Assembly: GCA_964522515.1 (NCBI GenBank)
Contig: CAZFWC010000002.1
Span: 3,865 to 53,895, forward strand
DNA from: an uncultured Gammaproteobacteria bacterium
GTDB taxonomy: Bacteria > Patescibacteriota > Patescibacteriia > UBA2196
Direction: 5' to 3'
DNA length: 50,031 nucleotides
Every line of letters starts with the position of its first letter. Within the stretch, counting starts at the first letter, position 1. A program made the translations under genes and the position numbers. Positions 31,190 to 39,194 of this stretch are shown here, piece after piece. Below the pieces are notes generated by a model. It worked only from the letters and a program-made list of their open reading frames with translations. It was not told the DNA's origin and searched no databases.

Positions 31190-31272
31190 AGCCTGCCTGC
31201 CCGCCGTAGCTTTAGCAAAGGAGGATCCTGAGGAGCAGGTCTTTTTTAGGATTGCGACGAAGGATCCCGTGG
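31190..31272 (-). repeat. Family B element with a 30-bp family A element nested at 31196-31225
   Basis: AGCCTG|insert|TCCTGAGGAGCAGGTC; uninterrupted form at 3473. Confidence 0.9.
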
Positions 31273-31311
31273 ATTTTAGAAAAACAACGAAAAAGAAAAT
31301 TATTTTAAATC

Positions 31312-31992
31312 TTAAAAAATAAATGATTTTAAATATTTTATAGATTGAGTTGTAAAAAACTTTTTAATTTTTTCAATATTAAATTTTTTTAAATCTAAAA
31401 TTAATGGTTCAATATTTTTTAATAACTTAATATTATTTAAAATTTTAGCTTCTAAATCAGATTGATTTATTTTAACTCCAAATTTTTTATCTACATTTTT
31501 TATTAAATTTTTTAATTTTAATTTTTTAGCTGTTAACAAAAAATATAAATCAAAAATATCTTTTGGCTCATTTCGCTGATAAGTAGCCAATGTTTTATTA
31601 GTCGCAACATCAATTAAAGAATCAATTTTAATTTTAAAATTTTCATCAAACAATGGTTTTACTAAATTTTTAAAAGGAAAAAATACAAATTCTAATTTTA
31701 GTTTATTATTTTTATTAAAATTTAAAACAAATTGCTGACGATTTAAATTTTGAGTAAAAGCAATTTTTTGAATATTTAATTCTTTTTTTAATTTATTTAA
31801 TTCAATAATTAAATTTTCATCTGTTTCAAGATTAAAAGAAAAAAAATCCAAATCCTCTGATAATCTTAAAGGTAAATATTTGTAAGCCAAAGCTGTGCCA
31901 CCTGTCCAATAATAAAATTTAGCTAATCTGGTTTTACTAATTGCTTTTAATGTTTTTATTTGATCTGGATTTAATATTTTATTTGTTTTCAT
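31312..31992 (-). CDS. AbiEii/AbiGii-family nucleotidyltransferase toxin
   Basis: TGGTAL, RLSEDLDFF, R...KDIFDLY. Confidence 0.9.
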   Translation of the reverse strand: MKTNKILNPDQIKTLKAISKTRLAKFYYWTGGTALAYKYLPLRLSEDLDFFSFNLETDENLIIELNKLKKELNIQKIAFTQNLNRQQFVLNFNKNNKLKLEFVFFPFKNLVKPLFDENFKIKIDSLIDVATNKTLATYQRNEPKDIFDLYFLLTAKKLKLKNLIKNVDKKFGVKINQSDLEAKILNNIKLLKNIEPLILDLKKFNIEKIKKFFTTQSIKYLKSFIF

Positions 31993-32212
31993 ATTTTAAA
32001 AATGTTGTTAATAAATTTTTTAAATCAGGTCTAATATTTAAACTTGGCAAATATTTTTCTAAATCTTTTTTCTTAATTCCTTTCCAATCGCAAAAATTAA
32101 TTTTTCTTTCCAACCAAAATTTCTTAACCTCTGGTTTTTTCAAATCACTTTTTTTAATTTTGTAGTCCCAAAAATATGGGGAATTTATATATTTACTGTT
32201 TTGTTTTTGCAT
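31979..32212 (-). CDS. Small partner protein of AbiEii (putative antitoxin)
   Basis: YFWDY motif; overlaps the toxin start. Confidence 0.75.
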   Translation of the reverse strand: MQKQNSKYINSPYFWDYKIKKSDLKKPEVKKFWLERKINFCDWKGIKKKDLEKYLPSLNIRPDLKNLLTTFLKYENK

Positions 32213-32227
32213 AATTTTATAAGAGTA

Positions 32228-32271
32228 GTCATCCTGAACGACTTTTGTGGCCGTTAGGAGTGAAGGATCTG
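32228..32271 (-). repeat. Family B variant
   Basis: GTCATCCTGAACGAC...GTGAAGGATCT. Confidence 0.75.
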
Positions 32272-32315
32272 TAAAATGCGAATAATTCTAATTTAAACTA
32301 ATACTGCGAATTTTT

Positions 32316-32390
32316 GTTGACAAAAATTTTGAAAGGTGTAAGGTAAAAATATAATTTCTAAATTTTAAAAACTAACAAGTGGAGGAAAAA
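32316..32390 (+). promoter_or_regulatory. Promoter/RBS leader, copy 2
   Basis: TTGACA...TTGAAAGGTGTAAGGTAAAAATATAATTTCTAA...TGGAGGAA. Confidence 0.7.
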
Positions 32391-32648
32391 ATGAGTTTAC
32401 TAATCATTAGAGGAATTGGCATTTTAATTTTATTGTTAATTGCATTTCCTTTTCTTAATTCTGGGTGTAGATTTTTTACTGGTTTTTCAATTATTGAATG
32501 GGGGACTGGTAAAAGAAAATATTATTGTCAAAATTGCCAATTAACAATTCCTGTTCGGATCAAAACATTGCACAAAAAAGAGTCTAACTTAATTATTTAT
32601 TGTCCACAGTGCACTTTAACAGCTTATCGAAAATGGAGCTGGGATTAA
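32391..32648 (+). CDS. Membrane-anchored zinc-ribbon protein
   Basis: TM segment then CQNC...CPQC; GGAGG SD; terminator at 32666-32703. Confidence 0.75.
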   Translation: MSLLIIRGIGILILLLIAFPFLNSGCRFFTGFSIIEWGTGKRKYYCQNCQLTIPVRIKTLHKKESNLIIYCPQCTLTAYRKWSWD

Positions 32649-32756
32649 CTATTTTATTCTGCCCTGCCCTGACTAAATCTAATTTAGATTCAGGGCTTTT
32701 TTTATTTTAAAAATTTATTAATAAATATTCATAATTCCTAATTCATTTTTAAAAAC

Positions 32757-32804
32757 AGATCCTTCGTCGCCCGACCCTAAAAATCTCTACTCCTCAGGAC
32801 AGGC
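32757..32804 (+). repeat. Family B element after pheS
   Basis: AGATCCTTCGTCGC...CTCCTCAGGACAGGC. Confidence 0.85.
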
Positions 32805-32812
32805 TAAAAAAA

Positions 32813-33940
32813 CTAAAATTGTCTTAAAAACCTTAAATCCCCAGAATGAAACAAACGCACATCATCAATTCCATATTTCATCATCACTAATCTATCTAAA
32901 CCAATATTAATATAAAAACCTTGCCATTTTTTTGGATCAATTTTTCCAGCGCGCAAAACATTTGGATGTGGCGGACCGCCCGGCATCATTTCAACCCAAC
33001 CAGATTGCTTGCAAACTGAACAACCTTTGCCACCGCAGTTTAAACACTGCATATCAATTTCAAATCCTGGTTCAACAAATGGAAAAAATCCTGTTCGCAT
33101 TCTAATTTTAACTTGTTTTTTAAAAACCCTTTCTAAAATTGTTTTAACTAAAATTTTTCCACCTGCTAAAGAAATATCTTTATTTACGATTAATGCTTCA
33201 TATTGATAAAAACATCTTTCGTGACTAGCGTCTGTTGCTTCACTGCGAAAAACTCTGCCAGGATAAACAAATCTAAACGGCGGTTTATTTTTTTGCATAA
33301 ATCTCACACTTGCGCCAGTTAAATGCGGTCGCAAACACAATTTTTCTAAACCTTTTTTTTCTTGTTCTTTATTTTGTATTTTGTAATTTGTAATTTGGGA
33401 TTTATTTGGAAATTGGAAATTGGAAATTGGAAATTTTACCCAATATGTATCCATTGATTCTCGCGCTGGATGATCTTGTGGAAAATTTAAATTATCAAAA
33501 GCGTATTTTTCAGAAGTAATTTCTGGTCCTTGATAAATTTCAAAACCCAAAAATTTAAACGCATCATTTAAATCATTTTTCACTTGTGTAATTGGGTGCA
33601 GAGTTCCAATCTCCTGATCCTTTCCCGGCAAAGTCGCATCGTAAAATCTTTGACTTTTGACTTTTGACTTTTGACTTTTTAATCCATTAATTTCTAATTT
33701 CTCAATTTCTTTTTTTGTGTTGTTATAAATTTTTTCTATTTCTACTTTAATTTCATTAACTAATTTTCCAATTACTGGTTTTTCTTCAACCGCAACATCT
33801 TTAACTTGTTTAAAAATTTTTGTTAACTTTCCTTTTCTACCTAAATACTCCACTTTTAAATTTTCAAGATCATTTAAAATCTCTGTTTTTTTTATTTTTT
33901 CAATAATTTCATTTTTAAGTTGATTAAGTTTTTGTTGCAT
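32813..33940 (-). CDS. pheS: Phenylalanine-tRNA ligase alpha subunit
   Basis: DHPARESMDT, GRVFR, FFPFVEPG, GLDRLVM. Confidence 0.97.
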   Translation of the reverse strand: MQQKLNQLKNEIIEKIKKTEILNDLENLKVEYLGRKGKLTKIFKQVKDVAVEEKPVIGKLVNEIKVEIEKIYNNTKKEIEKLEINGLKSQKSKVKSQRFYDATLPGKDQEIGTLHPITQVKNDLNDAFKFLGFEIYQGPEITSEKYAFDNLNFPQDHPARESMDTYWVKFPISNFQFPNKSQITNYKIQNKEQEKKGLEKLCLRPHLTGASVRFMQKNKPPFRFVYPGRVFRSEATDASHERCFYQYEALIVNKDISLAGGKILVKTILERVFKKQVKIRMRTGFFPFVEPGFEIDMQCLNCGGKGCSVCKQSGWVEMMPGGPPHPNVLRAGKIDPKKWQGFYINIGLDRLVMMKYGIDDVRLFHSGDLRFLRQF

Positions 33941-33947
33941 ATTTTTA

Positions 33948-34100
33948 AGCCAGTCCTGAGCTACTTTTTTTAGGATTTTTTAGGAGCCAAAGGATCCCGT
34001 GGTTTGTAAAATAAATTTTACTTTAACACAAAATATTGTTTGCAAACTTGAAGTTCCTTCGTCGCCCGATCCTAAAAAAATCTACTCCTCAGGACAAGGC
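33948..34100. repeat. Inverted pair of family B elements
   Basis: Copies at 33948-34002 and 34053-34100; the second supplies PCPEE* of the upstream gene. Confidence 0.8.
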
Positions 34101-34474
34101 AATGCTTTAATTTTTAAAAACATCATTTCCAAAACAATTAAAATTATTAATAAAATTAATAAATTCCACCACGCAACTAATTCTTGACTTTGCAAAAATA
34201 AGCTAACAATAATTAAAATTCCAAACCAAACTGCTTGACGAAATGAAATAATAACTTGTTGAGTGATAAATTGATTTTTATTTAAAAAATATCTTGAAAC
34301 AAATCCAACAATTGAAGCTAAACCAGTGATTGAAAAAAATAGTGAAGTGTAAAATAACACAAATCCTAAAAATACTGTATTAAATGGATTAACAGAATAA
34401 ATTACAATAAAAAAAGCAACACAACAAACTAGTGTAGCAACAATCATTAAAATTAAATATCTACTTAAAGTCAT
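34082..34474 (-). CDS. Four-TM membrane protein, unknown function
   Basis: Hydrophobic ORF with SFRQA motif. Confidence 0.8.
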   Translation of the reverse strand: MTLSRYLILMIVATLVCCVAFFIVIYSVNPFNTVFLGFVLFYTSLFFSITGLASIVGFVSRYFLNKNQFITQQVIISFRQAVWFGILIIVSLFLQSQELVAWWNLLILLIILIVLEMMFLKIKALPCPEE

Positions 34475-34546
34475 TTTTTAGCCTGTCCTTTTATTTTAAT
34501 TTAATTTTACCAAACTCTGTAAAATCGCGCAAATTTTAATGCAAAC

Positions 34547-34575
34547 AAAAAAAACCACTTGTTAAAGCGGTTTTT
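34547..34575 (-). terminator. Intrinsic terminator of the histone-like gene
   Basis: Minus strand AAAAACCGCTT-loop-AAGTGGTTTTTTTTT. Confidence 0.7.
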
Positions 34576-34592
34576 CTGTTCTCTAAATGTTT

Positions 34593-34769
34593 TTAAAGAT
34601 CTGATGGTCGAACTGTTGATCTTTTGTTTGCTTGACATCTTGCAACTGCTTTATCAAGCAAAGCAATAACTTCAGTGCTCAAACCTTCAGCTAAATCACT
34701 TGAAGAATGAAGTCCTTTTTCTTTAATGTAGGATTTAACTTTTGAACCTACAACTAATACATCTGACAT
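34593..34769 (-). CDS. Bacterial histone-fold protein (Bd0055-like), 58 aa, missing from the ORF track
   Basis: MSDVLVVGSKVKSYIKEKGLHSSSDLAEGLSTEVIALLDKAVARCQANKRSTVRPSDL; RxTxxxxD histone L2/alpha3 motif. Confidence 0.9.
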   Translation of the reverse strand: MSDVLVVGSKVKSYIKEKGLHSSSDLAEGLSTEVIALLDKAVARCQANKRSTVRPSDL

Positions 34770-34856
34770 AATTTTTTTCTTAGTTTGGAGTCTAGAAATC
34801 CAAACATATTAATTATTTAAAACTTTAAAAAAATAGTTTTGCACAACCTTTAATTT

Positions 34857-34885
34857 ATTGTAGCAAAACAGCAAAATAAAGGCAA
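34857..34885 (-). promoter_or_regulatory. sigma70 promoter of the histone-like gene
   Basis: TTGCCT-17 bp-TACAAT with extended -10 TG. Confidence 0.6.
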
Positions 34886-35019
34886 ATTAAAATTTTTGGT
34901 TTATTTTAATATTTTTTTTCTTTAAATCTTAATCATCAACTCAATAAAATTTTTTCAACTTTCTCTTTTGCTTTTTCTAATCTGCTTTAGACTTCTTTAG
35001 CAATCTCTTTTTATACACC

Positions 35020-35643
35020 TTACAACATTACTAATTTTTTTTGATCTATTTTTTTATCAAAATCTAATAATTTTAAATTTGAAAAAAATATTATAATTGC
35101 GACGGCATACTCAATAGTCAAATTAATGTTAGGGACTAAGAATTCAAATTGTTGGTCATCTGTCCTATTAGAGTGCAACTCAAGACTTTCAATATTTGGA
35201 TGAACAAATCTGCAAATTTGATCGTATCTTTCTTTATGATTTTTTACAAATTCTGGTGGCATAAAATTATTATTTGCTCTGTCTTTAATATATGCAAGTG
35301 TCCATTTTTTATTTTCAAAAAATTCATTCAACCTAACCTCGTTTTCTTTTGCAGAAGATTCTGAAAAAATATATAAAATTTTTATATATAACTCATAAAT
35401 ATATCTATAAAGATATATGGACAGAAAAACATCGTTAGCAAAGAGACTGTTTCCCATTGAAATATTTAGAGAATATATCTTCTTTAAAACCAATGCAACA
35501 AAATATTCTTTTGGATTATCTTTTTTAGTTACAATTCCAAAATCAAAAGCAGGCAATATAATTTCATCCAAAGAAACTATTTTATTTAATAAAGAATTTT
35601 TCAAAGCTATATTTTCTTTTTTTAATAAACGATTTTTAATCAT
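35020..35643 (-). CDS. Hypothetical protein (possibly DUF5677/HEPN-like), coupled to the RM gene
   Basis: Helical protein with YDQICRFVHPN; starts 3 bp after the RM stop. Confidence 0.6.
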   Translation of the reverse strand: MIKNRLLKKENIALKNSLLNKIVSLDEIILPAFDFGIVTKKDNPKEYFVALVLKKIYSLNISMGNSLFANDVFLSIYLYRYIYELYIKILYIFSESSAKENEVRLNEFFENKKWTLAYIKDRANNNFMPPEFVKNHKERYDQICRFVHPNIESLELHSNRTDDQQFEFLVPNINLTIEYAVAIIIFFSNLKLLDFDKKIDQKKLVML

Positions 35644-35645
35644 AT

Positions 35646-38273
35646 TTAATTTTCTTCAATAATTCTAATTTCTTCCTCCCTTAATCCATACAACTCATAA
35701 ACTTTTTCGTCAATTTCTTTATCTGTCTTTTTTATTTCCTTTTTAACTGATCCCCATCTATCAGAATTTGCAAGAGTTTTTTGAAGTTGTTTATTTAAGT
35801 CTAAAATTATATTAACCAATTTAACAATTTCTTTTTGTTTTTCTTTTTCAATCTTTTTTATTGGTAATTCACCAAGATTGCCAATTCTAATTTCTGGAAA
35901 AACATTCCCTTTAAATGGGTATAAATTAGAATATAAATAACTAAATAATGAAGAATTTAATAAGGCCAACATAAATTCATAAAAATAATTTTTATTTATC
36001 AAAACACCTGTATAAAGAGTGTGAACTGCATACCTTTGTTTGTCGTCTAAAACAGATATAATTTTATTACCAATTCTTCTTATATAAAACTTTTTTGGTA
36101 AATTAAAAATTTCTTCTTTACCGGGTCTTTTTAAATTTTCAATATCATAATTGATATATCTTTCATTTAAAATAAAATATCTTTCTATGTCCCTCCCTTT
36201 TAAAAGAATTTTTTGATTGTTAAAATTTTCTTTTATTTTGTCACTAATAAATTTCTTATCATCACCAGTTTTTATTGCTTCTTGGACTTTTAAAACTTCA
36301 TTAAGTTTAATATTATCTTTAAAAACTTTTTCTTTAATTTTATCAAAATTTTCATCCATTGATATATTAAATCTATAAAAAGGTTGCTCTAAAAAAATAT
36401 CTTGATTAACCACGACACTTTTTACAAGAGTATTATTTTCATATAAACTTAAAGTTGTTTTATTTGTTTTATCTATTTTATTTTTCTTTAAAATAATAAC
36501 AACTGTTGGAACAACAACTTTATTAAAAACACCATCTTTATAATTATCTATACAAATTATTTCTGAATTGTCTAAAATATATTTTCTTAATTTAGAAAAA
36601 GAATCATTTTGTAAAATTATATTTGGGATTATAAATCCTAAATATCCATCATCATTTAATAATTCAAAAGATTTTTCAATAAATAATCCAAAAATATCAT
36701 ATATTTTTTCTATTGTTTTATATGTCTTTTTAAAATATTCTATTTCATTTATTAATCCCTTTTCTGTACTTAAATAAGGTGGGTTTCCAATTATTATATC
36801 AAAACCATCTTGTTTAAACACTTCTGAAAATTCATTTTTCCAATTAAAAGATTTTTCAGAAATTTTTGAATCAGAAATCAAAGAATTGCCAATGCGAATA
36901 TTTCCAGTTAAATCAGGCAATTTAGCTTTTTTATCTAATGCATCAATCAACAAATTCAACTTTGCTAATTCAATTGCTTGATTATCAAGATCAACTCCAT
37001 AAATATTACTTAATAAAATTTCAGTTTTAGTATTTTGATCACCAGAATTGCCGAAATCCTTATACCTATCATTAATTGTTTCCAAAGCTTTGGTCAAAAA
37101 AGAACCTGAGCCACAAGCTGGGTCCAAAACTTTTATTTTTTTTAAATCTGCCATATTTTTAGCTTCATCCAATTTTTTACCCAAAGTGTTTTCAACAATA
37201 TAATTCACAATAAATTTTGGTGTATAAAAAATTCCATGTTCTTTTCTTTTTTTGCGTGATTGCTGTTTTAATTCTTTTTTATCTGTTTCAATTTTAATCG
37301 GATTTTGTGAAATATAGCTTAAGTAACTTTCATAAACACCACCTAAAATATCTGCTGGCATTTCTTTAAAATCATACTCATAAACATTTGACCCGTGTAA
37401 TAAATCAATAATCTTTTTCCATTCAATGCTGTGTTCCTCCCAATTTTCACAAGCATGTTTTTTAAACAAACTTGAATTGTATATATCATCTAATTCACGA
37501 AATTTTTTAATTAACTTTGGAAAAAATTGTTCACCTTTATTTTTTTCCCATTCGCGCAAAATTGGAATCAATACCTGATCTTCCAAAACACGATCTTCCA
37601 AAACACGAACAAATACCAAACGATCAATTATTCTCTGAATCCCTTCCTCTAAAACATTTTGATCTAAATTTTCATTCCATATTTTAAAATTATCAGTCAA
37701 AGTTTGTCTAATATTTTTTAAATCATTAAATAGTTTTTCATTAACAGTTAACTTTTTTAATTTTTTTCCATGTTTAATAGCAAACTCATCTAAAAGATTA
37801 TTTTGAAAACTTTCTTTTGATAACAACCACAAAAAATCAAATTCTTTTAAATAATCTTTATACGATAATTCAAAAACCAATTTATCTAATAAATTTTTTG
37901 AATCTGTTTGAGCATTAAAAATTTTTATACCCTCAAAATCTGTTAAAATTGCCCAAGCAATTCCTTTGTTCCAAGCATAATTTATTACTTGTCTAGCATG
38001 AATTTCTAAATCCAAATCTACCTTTAAAGATTTTGTTTCAATTAAAAATTTTGTAATTCCGTTCATTACAAAAACATAATCAGCTCGTTCACCAATTATA
38101 TTTTCTTCAGACAAAACATCTTGTTCAAAATCCCAACCCAAATGCTCAAACAAAGGACGGATGAAATGATCTTTTGTTTTTGACTCATTATATGAATTTA
38201 TCTCTTTTTGAGATAATCCTTCATATCTATCAACCAGTTTTTTAATTTTTTCTAATGATTGTTGTTTTGTCAT
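35646..38273 (-). CDS. Type IIG (Eco57I-like) fused restriction-modification enzyme
   Basis: N-terminal ADY...IETK nuclease, DPACGSG motif I, NPPY motif IV, C-terminal TRD. Confidence 0.92.
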   Translation of the reverse strand: MTKQQSLEKIKKLVDRYEGLSQKEINSYNESKTKDHFIRPLFEHLGWDFEQDVLSEENIIGERADYVFVMNGITKFLIETKSLKVDLDLEIHARQVINYAWNKGIAWAILTDFEGIKIFNAQTDSKNLLDKLVFELSYKDYLKEFDFLWLLSKESFQNNLLDEFAIKHGKKLKKLTVNEKLFNDLKNIRQTLTDNFKIWNENLDQNVLEEGIQRIIDRLVFVRVLEDRVLEDQVLIPILREWEKNKGEQFFPKLIKKFRELDDIYNSSLFKKHACENWEEHSIEWKKIIDLLHGSNVYEYDFKEMPADILGGVYESYLSYISQNPIKIETDKKELKQQSRKKRKEHGIFYTPKFIVNYIVENTLGKKLDEAKNMADLKKIKVLDPACGSGSFLTKALETINDRYKDFGNSGDQNTKTEILLSNIYGVDLDNQAIELAKLNLLIDALDKKAKLPDLTGNIRIGNSLISDSKISEKSFNWKNEFSEVFKQDGFDIIIGNPPYLSTEKGLINEIEYFKKTYKTIEKIYDIFGLFIEKSFELLNDDGYLGFIIPNIILQNDSFSKLRKYILDNSEIICIDNYKDGVFNKVVVPTVVIILKKNKIDKTNKTTLSLYENNTLVKSVVVNQDIFLEQPFYRFNISMDENFDKIKEKVFKDNIKLNEVLKVQEAIKTGDDKKFISDKIKENFNNQKILLKGRDIERYFILNERYINYDIENLKRPGKEEIFNLPKKFYIRRIGNKIISVLDDKQRYAVHTLYTGVLINKNYFYEFMLALLNSSLFSYLYSNLYPFKGNVFPEIRIGNLGELPIKKIEKEKQKEIVKLVNIILDLNKQLQKTLANSDRWGSVKKEIKKTDKEIDEKVYELYGLREEEIRIIEEN

Positions 38274-38344
38274 AAAATAAAATTTGTTGAATAAATAACA
38301 TCTATACTTTCATTATCTAATTTTTTAGTTAAAAAGTCCTTAAG

Positions 38345-38417
38345 CTCCGTGGGTCGGACTCGGACCGACGACAAATTGGTTAACAGCCAACTGCTCTACC
38401 AACTGAGCTACCACGGA
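38345..38417 (-). tRNA. tRNA-Asn (GTT)
   Basis: TCCGTGG/CCACGGA acceptor, loop CTGTTAA, T-loop TCCGAGT, CCA not encoded. Confidence 0.93.
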
Positions 38418-38436
38418 ACTTAAGGACTTTTATTTA

Positions 38437-39033
38437 TTATTCTGCTTCACCTTCTATTATATTTTCCTCTTCATTATTCAAATTCCCATCTTCATTATCA
38501 ATTGAAATTAATTCAATATCAAAAATTAAATCGGTGTTTGGACCAATTAATTCACCAGCGCCTTGTTCACCGTACGCAAATTCTGAAGGAACAAATAATC
38601 TTCTTTGTTCATTAACTTTCATTCCAATAATTCCTTGATCCCAACCTTGAATTACCTTACCTGCTCCAATTGTTAAACTAAACGGCTCTCCTCTGTCAAC
38701 ACTTGAATCAAATTTAGTTCCATCAACTAAAATACCCGCGTAATGAACTGTAATTTGGTCGCCAGCTTTAACTTGTCGTTCACCAACGCCTGGTTTTAAA
38801 ATTTGCGCTGAAAGTTCTGTAATATCTTGCGCAGATTCAGTTGTATTTTTTTGTTTGTTTTCTTCTAACATATTTCCTTGCTCTATTTTTTTGTTTTCAT
38901 TTTGCGCGCTTTTTTCTTGTTCTAAATAATCTGATTTTTCAAATTTTATTTCAACATTTAAAATTTCTGTCACAGCAAACAAAAGCAAAAATAAAATGAT
39001 TATTGTGATTAAAATTGTTGTTAATGTTTTCAT
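38437..39033 (-). CDS. FKBP-type peptidyl-prolyl isomerase, membrane-anchored
   Basis: VHYAG, FDSSVDRGEP, VIQGWDQG, AYG. Confidence 0.95.
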   Translation of the reverse strand: MKTLTTILITIIILFLLLFAVTEILNVEIKFEKSDYLEQEKSAQNENKKIEQGNMLEENKQKNTTESAQDITELSAQILKPGVGERQVKAGDQITVHYAGILVDGTKFDSSVDRGEPFSLTIGAGKVIQGWDQGIIGMKVNEQRRLFVPSEFAYGEQGAGELIGPNTDLIFDIELISIDNEDGNLNNEEENIIEGEAE

Positions 39034-39037
39034 AATG

Positions 39038-39187
39038 AGTTTATCCTCCTTCGCCCCTAATAACTCTACTGGACTACGGCGCCTGTCCGCCGTAGCCTTG
39101 GCGAAAGAGGATAAACTCTTGTGTTTTAAACACAGGAGCTTGCCCGCCCGTAGCTAGAGTTTTTTTAGAGTTGAAGCAAAGGAGGAT
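39038..39187. repeat. Cluster of family A elements (head-to-head pair plus a facing copy)
   Basis: GAGTTTATCCTCCTTCGCC...GGCGAAAGAGGATAAACTC, and a third copy at 39139-39186. Confidence 0.85.
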
Positions 39188-39194
39188 TAGGGGA

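Noticed and set aside
31056..31322. ORF 31056-31322 and similar repeat-spanning ORFs (33999-34187, 12885-13163, 6993-7187, 17864-18064, 27763-27993)
   Set aside because: Antisense shadows of real genes or open frames through repeats.
34900..38345. Integrative element at tRNA-Asn
   Set aside because: No integrase and no duplicated tRNA 3' end found in the window.
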